Positions 32,822-42,580 of a DNA stretch of 64,000 nucleotides are shown piece after piece. Numbering within the stretch: position 1 is the stretch's first letter; the number at the start of each line of letters is the position of its first letter. Both the position numbers and the translations under genes were made by a program. A model generated the notes under the pieces. It was not told where the DNA came from. It ran no database searches and saw only the letters and a list, made by a program, of their open reading frames with translations. Origin of the DNA: Thermoplasmata archaeon (GTDB lineage: Archaea; Thermoplasmatota; Thermoplasmata; Thermoplasmatales; ARK-15); assembly GCA_038729465.1 (NCBI GenBank), contig JAVYRZ010000001.1, positions 101,361 through 165,360 of the forward strand. The letters run 5' to 3'.

Positions 32822-33307
32822 ATGAATTGTGAAATTTGTGGTAAAGAAATAAAAAAAGCGAATAGAATAATCATAGAATCAACAATATTAAACGTTTGTG
32901 ATGATTGTAAAAAGCTTGGTAAGCCTGTGGAAGCTGCAACCGCAGAAGAGCTTCCTTTTTTGCCGCCCGAAATAATACAACAACGCTTGAAGACAGTGAA
33001 TAAACCGGCAAGAGATGAGCTTGATGCAACAGAAGTTCTAGTTGAGGATTTTGGGGCAAGAATTAAGAAAGCCAGAGAAGCAAAAAAATTGACAATTGAA
33101 GATCTGGCAAAAAAGTTACTTGAAAAGAAGACATTGCTGTCAAAAATAGAAAGACAAGAAAGTAAACCTGATGATAAACTAATCAAAAAAATTGAAAAAG
33201 AACTGAACATCAAGCTCAAAGAAAAAGTTGATTACATCAAGGCTGTAGGTGCTAAAAAAGAAGGAAGCATGACTTTAGGAGACTATATCAAAAAAAAGAA
33301 AAGTTAA
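32822..33307 (+). CDS. Archaeal MBF1-type protein (N-terminal zinc ribbon + Cro/C1 HTH)
   Basis: MNCEICGKEI...CDDC, followed by an HTH region IKKAREAKKLTIEDLAKKL. Confidence 0.75.
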   Translation: MNCEICGKEIKKANRIIIESTILNVCDDCKKLGKPVEAATAEELPFLPPEIIQQRLKTVNKPARDELDATEVLVEDFGARIKKAREAKKLTIEDLAKKLLEKKTLLSKIERQESKPDDKLIKKIEKELNIKLKEKVDYIKAVGAKKEGSMTLGDYIKKKKS

Positions 33308-33897
33308 TCTAACAACTGCGCGCGAATCAAAGATCTTACTTTTACACCATTTATTATATCCTTCCCTGTTTTGTTTACTATAGCCATTGCTAAAACTGTT
33401 TCTCCGCCATTTTTCTGTACATCTTCTATCGCTTTGCTCATGGTTTCTCCGGTACTTACCACATCATCTACAATTATCACTTTCTTGTTTTTTATAGAAG
33501 CAAAATTTGAGCTAAACGAACCATCTTCTCTAGTGGGATGTGGCCTGTAAACTGCGAGTTCTCTATCAAGCGTTAAGGATATTAGCGTTGCTAATGGTAT
33601 ACCATTTATTGCTATTCCTACAATTGTATCGACATCTATACTTTTGCTCTGTGTCTCTTCCACGATTATGTCACTCATCATGTTTGTCAGGTTATCTATT
33701 CTTGAAGAGTATACTCCTATTGATTTCCAGCCTATTTTTATGTCTTTAGGCTTCTCAGTTACAGTTTTGAATCCCCTGGATAATAACCATATTACAGTAT
33801 TCGTAGAGAGATGCAGATCAGTAGCAATTTCCTTATCACTCAATCCTTTCTTTTTTAGTTCTAAAGCTTGATTTGCTAGATCATCTATGTTTTTCAT
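33304..33897 (-). CDS. PyrE-like (phosphoribosyltransferase domain) protein with N-terminal HTH, GfcR-type regulator
   Basis: HTH segment GLSDKEIATDLHLSTNTVIWLL plus the PRPP motif VIIVDDVVSTGET. Confidence 0.7.
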   Translation of the reverse strand: MKNIDDLANQALELKKKGLSDKEIATDLHLSTNTVIWLLSRGFKTVTEKPKDIKIGWKSIGVYSSRIDNLTNMMSDIIVEETQSKSIDVDTIVGIAINGIPLATLISLTLDRELAVYRPHPTREDGSFSSNFASIKNKKVIIVDDVVSTGETMSKAIEDVQKNGGETVLAMAIVNKTGKDIINGVKVRSLIRAQLLD

Positions 33898-34053
33898 ATA
33901 TTATTCACCTGCCGGTTATGGTATCATAAATCTACTGACATCCTCTCTCCGCTAAAGCGTTTGAGGTTCCTGCTTCATAGACCATATACTTCGTTATTTC
34001 CTAACTATCTCGAGGTCTCTCGAAATAATTTCTATTTCCACAGGCGTATATTC

Positions 34054-34068
34054 GGGAATGCCATTCCC
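34054..34068. repeat. Perfect 15-bp palindrome GGGAATGCCATTCCC in the gfcR-like upstream region
   Basis: Read directly from the sequence. Function unknown. Confidence 0.9.
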
Positions 34069-34365
34069 TACTATATATAAGAAAACAAAACAATTATATA
34101 AATATAGCGATTAAAACAGAATCTCCGAATATAAATATCTAAAAGAGTATTTCAAGAGAGAGAATTCAGAAGCAGGATTTTCAGTAGAAAAAAGAGAATT
34201 TGGCTGGAACATAAGTCAAAAAAGAGAAGATAGAATATCGACAGCACAAATATGCATAGGAAGACTTCACAACATTTTTTTGATATGGGAGTAAAAAGGA
34301 CTTATATTCCAGAACCGCATGAATAGAAAAATATATATTTTAATAAATGCTAACTATTCAATGCT

Positions 34366-35847
34366 ATGAAAATGTTAGAACCACTTGAACCAGAATTAAA
34401 TAAGTTTTTTGGATCAGAGTCAGCAATGTCGTTAATACTTGTTGGAGCGGCCGGTACGGGTAAAACTACCTTCGCACTTCAGATTTTAGAATCTTTTAAG
34501 GATAAATATAAAGGCATCTATTTATCAACCAGAGTCGGTGATACAGCGCTATATCAACAGTTTTCATGGATAAAAGAGCTTGAAGAGAAGACTAAGATAA
34601 TAGATGCTGGCAGGCTATTTTTGGATAGCTTAAAGATAGCAGAGCCAGAAATAGAACCAGAGCATGTAGAGGCTGCAAGAGCCCTAGTTAGAAATATATA
34701 TAGAGAAGAGCCTAACAAAGTATCAAGGGTATTATACAACAAATATTTTAAAGATCTTAAGATCCCAGAGCTAAAGCGTATTTATAATGAGGTAGATAAT
34801 AATCTTCCAGGCAGAACAATGATGGTGATTGATAGTATAGAAGGATTGGCAAGCAAATACCGAATCAATGAAGAAGATCTAGTATACACACTCGTAAAAG
34901 ATCTAGTCGAGGGCGGGAATACAAACATCATATTTATTTTAGAAAAGGAGCGATCAGATAAGTTAGAGTATATAGCAGATGGTGTAATATTTTTGGAACA
35001 ATATCTGTATGAAGGGCGCAGAATAAGGAGTTTATCTTTAGATAAATTGAGAGGGATCAGCACGAACTTTAAAAAATACTTATTTACTTTAAATGGAGGG
35101 AAATTCAAAATATTGGCTCCAAAAATAGTGTTTGACTTAAACAAACGTTTTACTACTCCGATCCCTCCAACAGATAGATATTTTAGCACCGGTGTTAAAG
35201 ATCTGGATACTATTTTAGGTGGTGGTTTCAGTTTTGGCACTTTTAATTTGATAGAGATAGGCGAAAATGTGGGACAGGAACATCATTTTTTAACTATGCC
35301 AATTCTGTCCAACGTTGGCTTTTTAGATAGAGGTATAATGGTAGTTTTGGCACTTGGAACATCAATTGAAGAAGTTAGAAATAGGTATAGTATATATATG
35401 GGCAATAAGACGGTGGTAGATACACACGCAATTTTTATAGACTATTCCAAATCCAGCAGTGATAAAAAATATATAATTCCACTTGGTAGTGCTAGTAGGG
35501 AAACATCAATAAAATTGATACAGGAAGGAATAACCAATCTTAAGAAGTTTGGTTCTCCTTTGTTTTATTATTTGGCATTTGACACAATCGAAAGATATAG
35601 AGGGCCCGTGGCAATTCAAGAGGTAGTAAATTTCGTAAATAATATAATAGACAACAAAGACATTGGGATTGGATTATTGTTGCCAGGAAGTGAAATCAAA
35701 GATCAAATAGTGAACATGGCAAGCACGCATGTTAAGGTAGTTTCTATAAATAATACGCTATGTATATATGGAATAGAACCAAAGACAAATATGTATGCGA
35801 TAGAATCAAACGATAAGGAATTTTACAAGTTTGTGCCTATACTCTAG
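34366..35847 (+). CDS. Two-domain KaiC/RecA-superfamily ATPase; first domain with intact P-loop, second domain degenerate
   Basis: Domain 1 has LILVGAAGTGKTTFALQ and MMVIDSIEGL. Domain 2 has STGVKDLDTILGGGFSFGTFNLIEIGENVGQEHH, a KaiC-like lead-in with no GK[ST]. Confidence 0.65.
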   Translation: MKMLEPLEPELNKFFGSESAMSLILVGAAGTGKTTFALQILESFKDKYKGIYLSTRVGDTALYQQFSWIKELEEKTKIIDAGRLFLDSLKIAEPEIEPEHVEAARALVRNIYREEPNKVSRVLYNKYFKDLKIPELKRIYNEVDNNLPGRTMMVIDSIEGLASKYRINEEDLVYTLVKDLVEGGNTNIIFILEKERSDKLEYIADGVIFLEQYLYEGRRIRSLSLDKLRGISTNFKKYLFTLNGGKFKILAPKIVFDLNKRFTTPIPPTDRYFSTGVKDLDTILGGGFSFGTFNLIEIGENVGQEHHFLTMPILSNVGFLDRGIMVVLALGTSIEEVRNRYSIYMGNKTVVDTHAIFIDYSKSSSDKKYIIPLGSASRETSIKLIQEGITNLKKFGSPLFYYLAFDTIERYRGPVAIQEVVNFVNNIIDNKDIGIGLLLPGSEIKDQIVNMASTHVKVVSINNTLCIYGIEPKTNMYAIESNDKEFYKFVPIL

Positions 35848-37765
35848 TCCTGTTTTTTATTTCATCCGGATTAGTGGTAATGATATTGTTTTCAAAGTCA
35901 GTACTGTATATTCTAATTGGCACTTTTACAGATCCAGCAATTAAATAAGCTCTCGAATATCCTTGATACTTTGGATTGATGTTGCTAAGTATAAGTTCTT
36001 CCTCTTTATCGCTCAGTTTATAAAATGCCTTCATGTTCTGGGTGATCTGATTATGTTTAAACAGCACATGAAACACAGCATTCTGTGCTATTGTCCGTCC
36101 TTCTTCATACTCTAAAAAGTCATCCGCTTTCTGTGATATTAATATTACAGAGCATTTCCAGCGTCTGACATGTCTCACCAGCTGTTCTAATAGCATTGCT
36201 GCAGACTTATTTTTAAGCAACTTCCATACTTCGTCAATAACAAGTATCTTAGCCGAGTAATCTTTGGAGATCTGGTTGTAAAGATATTCTACGGTCAAAA
36301 GAACATAGAACATCAGAAGATCTTCATTTACATCTTTAATGTTAAAAACAGTAAAATTATTGTTTAAATTAATAGTTGTGTCGTTATTCAAATTTTTTAA
36401 TGATCCTTCCAAAAAACTTGAAAATAAAATACTTAGTTTGCTTTCATTCAATAACTCAATAAAATCTTTAAATTTAGGGCTCTTACTTTCCTGATATAAT
36501 CTATTAAGATAAACATCAAGTATTGCCAAATCATTTTTATCAAATTCAAATATTGAACTAAATAACAGTTTCAGCCTGGATATTTTGTTAGGAATTGTAG
36601 AATCAAAAAGATCGAAAGGATTAATTACTGTTTTACCAACATCTATCACTGTACCTTTCATGGCATTAGCAAGATCCACAAACTCATTCATCGGGTCTAT
36701 TATGTAAATTTTTGTATCTGGATGATGCAACAATTCTCTCAATATCTGTGTTTTCACAAAATATGATTTGCCAAAACCTGTGGTGCCTGTAACAAGCATA
36801 TGACTTGATGGAAAATACCATCGATTTATAAATATTGGGCTGTTATTTACATCGTTCATACCCCAAAAAATGCCATCTTTCATAGCAATCAGGTCTGTTA
36901 AAAATGGGAACATAGTTGCAAGTGCTTGTGACTGGATATATTTGTCATCTTTATAATTCCTGGTGCCAGAACTTAAAAATGCCAAAAATGCCTGTTTTTG
37001 TAAATATTTAGAGAATGCTGGTTTAAACAGAGATTTCTGTAACTTATTTTTTATAAAATCTGCATTTTTTCGCATATTTTTATAATCTTTTGCTATAGGA
37101 TAGAATATTAAGGTTACTCTGTATACTGTTCCTTTACCAGATACTATATAATTTTGCAAACTTTTAGAACTTTCATACTTTAGCTTCAGATCCATATATC
37201 TAGCCCTGTTTTTTTGTCTTACATTCACCAATTCTGTTTCAATGGTTTCAGATTCGACTTCTAACATTGTTAATAATTTGTTAGAAGGAACATGCTCACA
37301 GGCTATCGAGATATTTGTTGGCATGTCTGCATTCACAAACTCTGAAAAAAATCCATAAACTAAGTTTTTTGGCCATTTTGCTATAATTAGTGGCTGGATA
37401 AAAAGGTCATGAAAAAGGTAATGGTCCTTTTCGAAAACAATCTTTTTATTTGTCAAAATCCTTTTTTGATATTTGTCATTTACCTCCACTTTTTCAAAGT
37501 CTACAATAAGAATAATACTAGTAATCGAACTGAAAAACCAGCAAGTGTGATAGGGATCCAGAATAATTATAAATATTATAAACAATAGTGCTGAAACAAA
37601 TATCCATTTTTTAAGATTATAATTTCTGAGATAATATACAAAGTCTAATAATAATAGTAGCAAAGTAAGACCGAACATAGAACTGTTAAATAAAGTATAT
37701 ATTCCACTTAGAAAAGTTAGAATAAAGAATACCAGCCCCAGATTGTCTGAATTGATAAATTTCAT
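35837..37765 (-). CDS. VirB4/TrbE/CedB-like membrane-anchored P-loop ATPase
   Basis: 642 aa with 3-4 N-terminal TM helices, Walker A LVTGTTGFGKSYF, Walker B ILVIDEVWKLL, VILISQKADDF, and an NPFDLF motif after the P-loop, as in T4SS VirB4/TraC ATPases. Confidence 0.65.
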   Translation of the reverse strand: MKFINSDNLGLVFFILTFLSGIYTLFNSSMFGLTLLLLLLDFVYYLRNYNLKKWIFVSALLFIIFIIILDPYHTCWFFSSITSIILIVDFEKVEVNDKYQKRILTNKKIVFEKDHYLFHDLFIQPLIIAKWPKNLVYGFFSEFVNADMPTNISIACEHVPSNKLLTMLEVESETIETELVNVRQKNRARYMDLKLKYESSKSLQNYIVSGKGTVYRVTLIFYPIAKDYKNMRKNADFIKNKLQKSLFKPAFSKYLQKQAFLAFLSSGTRNYKDDKYIQSQALATMFPFLTDLIAMKDGIFWGMNDVNNSPIFINRWYFPSSHMLVTGTTGFGKSYFVKTQILRELLHHPDTKIYIIDPMNEFVDLANAMKGTVIDVGKTVINPFDLFDSTIPNKISRLKLLFSSIFEFDKNDLAILDVYLNRLYQESKSPKFKDFIELLNESKLSILFSSFLEGSLKNLNNDTTINLNNNFTVFNIKDVNEDLLMFYVLLTVEYLYNQISKDYSAKILVIDEVWKLLKNKSAAMLLEQLVRHVRRWKCSVILISQKADDFLEYEEGRTIAQNAVFHVLFKHNQITQNMKAFYKLSDKEEELILSNINPKYQGYSRAYLIAGSVKVPIRIYSTDFENNIITTNPDEIKNRTRV

Positions 37766-37770
37766 AAGTT

Positions 37771-38547
37771 CTATACACCTTCATTTATAAGGCTATAAAA
37801 GTCCAAAATTTCAGAACCGTTAAGGATATTGCAATCGATTTTTATGTTTTTTAGTGCGTTTATTATCTGTTCAGCTCTGTTGTTCAATATAATACTTACT
37901 TTTTCTAATCGTTCATCTTTAGAAACAGTGCTGAGCTCTAAACTATTCTGCTTTAATATTATGTAATACTTATACAGCACTTGCTCTGTATATAATGACT
38001 TTACAAGTGTTATATATTGATTTCCTGCCTCTTCAAATTTTTCAGAAATATGTAGGTAATGGTCACAGTCAAATTTAGAAGCTATTATCTTTATATCAAA
38101 ATCAAAGTCTATTCCGTTTAAGATATTTATAAACTCTAAATATACCTTTTTCTGTTCTTCTTCACTGTAGAATTTAAGATTTAAGCCAGTAGTTTCGATA
38201 ATTAACAAGTATAAACCCCCCAAATAAACAATATTCTCTTTTATATCATAAATTTCTATAAGCTTTTTAAAATCATTGTCAATATATATTTTTTTACTGA
38301 ATTTATATCTCAAATACTTAAAAAAATAAAGATCAGAATCTTCATTCTCTATTTTAAAATAAACAGCAAATACAGTAATTAAAGATAAAATTATAAGATA
38401 AATAGATAAAAAGATAGTCAAAACAGCAACTATCAATAAATATATTGCAATGCGCATCATCTGATTTAAATCGAAAGGTCCAATTATTGTTCTAACCCCT
38501 AACTTTTCAGGTATATCAACTGATCCGGCCATTAGTCTCTCCTCCAT
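37771..38547 (-). CDS. Membrane protein with VirB3/TcpE-like TM hairpin plus VirB4 N-domain-like segment
   Basis: 258 aa. TM hairpin RIAIYLLIVAVLTIFLSIYLIILSLITVFAVYF. The segment IVYLGGLYLLIIETTGLNLKFYSEEEQKKVYLEFINIL resembles the N-domain of Gram-positive/archaeal VirB4-type ATPases. 5 nt upstream of the ATPase gene. Confidence 0.45.
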   Translation of the reverse strand: MEERLMAGSVDIPEKLGVRTIIGPFDLNQMMRIAIYLLIVAVLTIFLSIYLIILSLITVFAVYFKIENEDSDLYFFKYLRYKFSKKIYIDNDFKKLIEIYDIKENIVYLGGLYLLIIETTGLNLKFYSEEEQKKVYLEFINILNGIDFDFDIKIIASKFDCDHYLHISEKFEEAGNQYITLVKSLYTEQVLYKYYIILKQNSLELSTVSKDERLEKVSIILNNRAEQIINALKNIKIDCNILNGSEILDFYSLINEGV

Positions 38548-38559
38548 AGTTTTAAATTT

Positions 38560-40875
38560 TTACGGAAACTTCTTGAAATATTCTCTAATAGTTTTGAGCG
38601 ATACAGAAAATACTTTTCTGGATCCATCTTCAACGATTAATCTGTCCCCTCCAACAGTGCCTATATTGTATATATCTAAACCATCCATAATTTTTAAGAA
38701 TATTGTTTCATTTTTAGGTTCTACTTCAACGATCCATCTTGTGTTGCTTTCTGAAAAAAGTTTGAAATCAGTTCTCAATATTCCAAGAGGTTTTAAGTTA
38801 ATCTTTGCCCCAATATTTCCGCCAATAGCCATTTCCGCAATTGCTATAGCTAGCCCGCCCTGCGAAATATCATGGGCGCTTCTGATCACTTTTTTATTCG
38901 ATGCTACTAGCATCTTATCTATGCTATCTCTTAAATTTTTAAAATTGCTCTTTGGAATATTTGTACTTTTTATCTGCCTCAAGGCATAGTATTCACTGCC
39001 ACCCATCTCTGCTTTTGTAGCACCTATAACATATAATAAATTTCCATCATCTTTTAGATCTGAGGTCAAACAATATTTTATATTTTCCACTATTCCAATA
39101 GCCATTATTGTAGGCGTGGGAACGATGGATACCCCAAAATTTGCATTGTACAAACTCACATTTCCTGAAACATAAGGAATCTTTAAAAATCTTGCAATAT
39201 CCCCTAGCCCTCTTACTGACTCTTCCAGCTGCCCCATTACCACAGGATCTTCAGGATTGCCAAAATTTAAATTATCTGCAAAAGAATGTGGCCTGGCACC
39301 CACAGAAACCAAATTTCTGACTGCTTCATCTACTGCGGCTATACTTCCCCAGTATGGATCTAGCTCTGTAAGTCTTGGGTTAACATCGGTGGTAACAGCT
39401 AATCCTTTATTTGAGTGATCCAGCGGTTTTAATACTGCTGCATCTCCATGTGTTTCCATGCCAATTTTACCCTGCAGAGGCTTGATAACAGTTCTACCCT
39501 TTACTTCATGATCATACTGCCTGATTATAAACTCTTTACTTGCAATGTTGGAACTCGATAATAACTTAAGAAAAGAATCTTTATAGTTTGTTTCTGAAGG
39601 AAGCATTTCTACTTTTTCCTGCGCTGGATATTTTACAATAGAGGGCCTGCAGTATAAAGGCCCAGAAGTTAAAAAAACGAGATCCAAGTCTAAGATTTTG
39701 ATGCTGCTATAATATATATTCAGTCTTTCAGAATCTATGGTTTTACCAATTACTGTCGCTTCAACATCCCATAAACTGAATATATCTAAGACCTTTTTTG
39801 TATTTTTCTCTGATACCGCCAACATCAATCTTTCCTGAGACTCACTTACCCATATCTCCCATGGAGCCATATTCGGTTCTTTTAAAGGAACTCGATCCAG
39901 ATATACATTAGCACCAACACCCCCTGCTAAACACATCTCTCCTATTACAGAAGACAACCCGCCACCGCCGAGATCCTTCATTCCGGTGATCAATTTTTTA
40001 CTATTTGCTTCCAGTACCGCTTTTATCAAGGGCTCTTTTATTATAGGATTACCTAACTGTACCGCAGTTTTTTCAGACTCACTTTTATTACTTAAAACTT
40101 TAGATGCAAAATTTACTCCATGTATTCCATCTCTGCCTGTTTTACCACCCACAAGTATTAGATTATACCCGACTTTATCTATCCTGCTTCTCACGATATC
40201 TGTTTTTTTTGCAATACCTATACACCCTACATTTACAAGAATGTTATTTAAAAAAGAGCTATGAAAATATGTCATTCCTCCGATAGTAGGTATTCCCACT
40301 CGGTTACCATAATCTCTTATTCCAGCTACAACTCCATTAAACAAATAGATTGGATGCTTCACTCCTTCTTTTAATTTTTCATACGGATAATCCAAGGGCC
40401 CAAAAAAGAGCGGATCTACCAGGGCAATTGGTTTTGCACCCATGTTTAAAACATCTCTGATTATTCCTCCAACGCCAGTAGCAGCTCCACCATATGGTTC
40501 TACAAAACTGGGGTGATTATGTGACTCCATCTTAAAAACGTACGCGTGTGTTTTATCAAATTCTACCACTGCCGCATCATCCTGTATAACTACTATGTTT
40601 TGAGGTGCATCAATACCAAAAATATATTTTTTAAGCAGGTTTTTTGAAGACTTATAACAACAATGTTCGCTCCATGCCTGTGCTATAGCCTGCAGCTCAA
40701 CGTCTGTTGGGTCTCTCTCGAGATCTTTGAAATAGGTCCTCAGCCGATGCAATTCCTCGTAATTCAATCCTAGATTCATCAGCTCATTTAATCTTAATAG
40801 CTCTTCATCACTCAAAGATCTGATATGTATCTCGTAAATCTCAAACGGATAATCTAATTTCTTAAGCATATTCAA
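38560..40875 (-). CDS. purL: Phosphoribosylformylglycinamidine synthase subunit II
   Basis: 771 aa with SHNHPS, duplicated GGGGLS-type AIR-synthase-like domains and an N-terminal linker typical of PurL. Confidence 0.9.
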   Translation of the reverse strand: MNMLKKLDYPFEIYEIHIRSLSDEELLRLNELMNLGLNYEELHRLRTYFKDLERDPTDVELQAIAQAWSEHCCYKSSKNLLKKYIFGIDAPQNIVVIQDDAAVVEFDKTHAYVFKMESHNHPSFVEPYGGAATGVGGIIRDVLNMGAKPIALVDPLFFGPLDYPYEKLKEGVKHPIYLFNGVVAGIRDYGNRVGIPTIGGMTYFHSSFLNNILVNVGCIGIAKKTDIVRSRIDKVGYNLILVGGKTGRDGIHGVNFASKVLSNKSESEKTAVQLGNPIIKEPLIKAVLEANSKKLITGMKDLGGGGLSSVIGEMCLAGGVGANVYLDRVPLKEPNMAPWEIWVSESQERLMLAVSEKNTKKVLDIFSLWDVEATVIGKTIDSERLNIYYSSIKILDLDLVFLTSGPLYCRPSIVKYPAQEKVEMLPSETNYKDSFLKLLSSSNIASKEFIIRQYDHEVKGRTVIKPLQGKIGMETHGDAAVLKPLDHSNKGLAVTTDVNPRLTELDPYWGSIAAVDEAVRNLVSVGARPHSFADNLNFGNPEDPVVMGQLEESVRGLGDIARFLKIPYVSGNVSLYNANFGVSIVPTPTIMAIGIVENIKYCLTSDLKDDGNLLYVIGATKAEMGGSEYYALRQIKSTNIPKSNFKNLRDSIDKMLVASNKKVIRSAHDISQGGLAIAIAEMAIGGNIGAKINLKPLGILRTDFKLFSESNTRWIVEVEPKNETIFLKIMDGLDIYNIGTVGGDRLIVEDGSRKVFSVSLKTIREYFKKFP

Positions 40876-41142
40876 TTATACTCTCTCAATACTTATTGAA
40901 TAGTCATGTATTACAGGATTTGCTAATAATCTTTTACACATTTGTTCAGCATCTTTTTTTGCATCTGATACGTCATCATGATCTAATAATATTTCATACT
41001 CTTTATATACGCTAGTTTTTTTAACATTTTTAAAATTTAGAATATTTAATGTTTTTGTAATAGCTAATCCTTCTGGATCCTCTACTCCTTCTTTTAGTTT
41101 TATTGTTATGAGTAATTTTATCATCACAATAGTGGATTGCAT
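40876..41142 (-). CDS. purS: Phosphoribosylformylglycinamidine synthase subunit PurS
   Basis: IKLKEGVEDPEG motif, immediately upstream of purL. The true start may be the internal ATG at 41124. Confidence 0.75.
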   Translation of the reverse strand: MQSTIVMIKLLITIKLKEGVEDPEGLAITKTLNILNFKNVKKTSVYKEYEILLDHDDVSDAKKDAEQMCKRLLANPVIHDYSISIERV

Positions 41143-41357
41143 TATAGTATTAATAATTTACAGATTCTATTTTTAATAGCATGGTTTATAAATAAGATTT
41201 ATCCTTGCAGTCATGGTTATTCAAGCATAGATTCAAAAAGATTGATGTTTCATTAAATACCACTTATTGTATCAACAAAAGTTGATAAGGTCATAAAAAC
41301 GAAAAATCAATAAACATCTTTGTATTCTTACAGTCGTATTAAAAAGTCTATAAATAT

Positions 41358-41442
41358 GCGGAGGTTGCCGAGCTAGGTTAAAGGTGCAAGATTCAGGGTC
41401 TTGTCTCATAGGAGTTCGCCGGTTCAAATCCGGCCCTCCGCA
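41358..41442 (+). tRNA. tRNA-Leu (anticodon CAG) with long variable arm
   Basis: Acceptor gcggagg/cctccgc, anticodon stem caaga/tcttg with loop ttCAGgg, variable arm tctcataggagttc, T arm gccgg-ttcaaat-ccggc. Confidence 0.9.
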
Positions 41443-41719
41443 CTATATTTTTATAACAGTCTAAAAATTCAGGTAACTTAATATATAAAATACTAATACA
41501 GATATTTATGCCAAAAAAATGCCCATTTAATATAATCTTTACAAAAATCTATTACCGAATATCAAGAAGAGCAGGCAAGAAAATTTCAATTAAGACTTTA
41601 AAAGATAAATAACCTGATAATGCACTGGTCATAAAAGTAGTTATTTTATGATATTAATTTAATATTATTCAATATAATCAATAATTTTAATATACAGTAT
41701 TTATTATCCCTCTGCTATC

Positions 41720-42580
41720 ATGAACTCTACACTAAGAACTGTTGGATTATTCATAATGTTAACTTTGCTTTTCGTATTTGTAGGATATATTATAGGAAAT
41801 TTATACGGTAATATTATAATTACCATGCTCTTATTTCTAGGAATATCCATCATCATAAATGTTTTCAGCTATTTTTATAGTTCTAAGTTAGTATTGTGGT
41901 CATATCATGCCAAAATAATTGACGAGCAAGATAATCCGAGGGTATTTAGGATTGTGAGAGATCTCTCTCTAAAAGCCAATATTACAATGCCTAAGATCGC
42001 CATCGTTTCCACAGACGTTCCTAACGCATTTGCAACAGGTAGAAATAAGAGTCATGCATTTGTTGTTGTAACATCTGGCATATTAAATATGTTAAATGAC
42101 GATGAACTTGAAGGGGTTTTAGGTCATGAACTCGGGCATATTAAAAACAAGGACATGCTATTGATGACTGTTGCAGCGACTATTGTCGGTGCGCTGACAA
42201 TCCTGTTCAGGGTATACTTTTTCGAATCATTATTTGGTGGAAATGGAAAAAAAGAAGGAAACAATATATTAGTGCTCGTAGTTTTAGCATTAGCCGGCAT
42301 AGGTGCCACACTTTTACAGCTATCTATATCTAGGCAAAGAGAGTACAAAGCAGATTATACTGGCGCACAGTTATCTGGCAAACCTCTTGCACTAGCTTCA
42401 GCATTACGTAAAATAGAAGCCTCAGTTTCAAGGAAACCTTTGAAGAAAGGAAATCCAGCTACTGCCAGTATGTTCATAGTTAATCCGTTCAGAGGAGAAC
42501 GATTTGTATCTATTTTTTCAACACATCCAAGTACAGCGTCTAGAATAGAGAAGTTAGTAGAATACTCTAAAAAAATTTAG
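41720..42580 (+). CDS. htpX: M48 family zinc metalloprotease HtpX
   Basis: HELGHIKN zinc motif, 4 TM segments, 286 aa. Confidence 0.85.
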   Translation: MNSTLRTVGLFIMLTLLFVFVGYIIGNLYGNIIITMLLFLGISIIINVFSYFYSSKLVLWSYHAKIIDEQDNPRVFRIVRDLSLKANITMPKIAIVSTDVPNAFATGRNKSHAFVVVTSGILNMLNDDELEGVLGHELGHIKNKDMLLMTVAATIVGALTILFRVYFFESLFGGNGKKEGNNILVLVVLALAGIGATLLQLSISRQREYKADYTGAQLSGKPLALASALRKIEASVSRKPLKKGNPATASMFIVNPFRGERFVSIFSTHPSTASRIEKLVEYSKKI

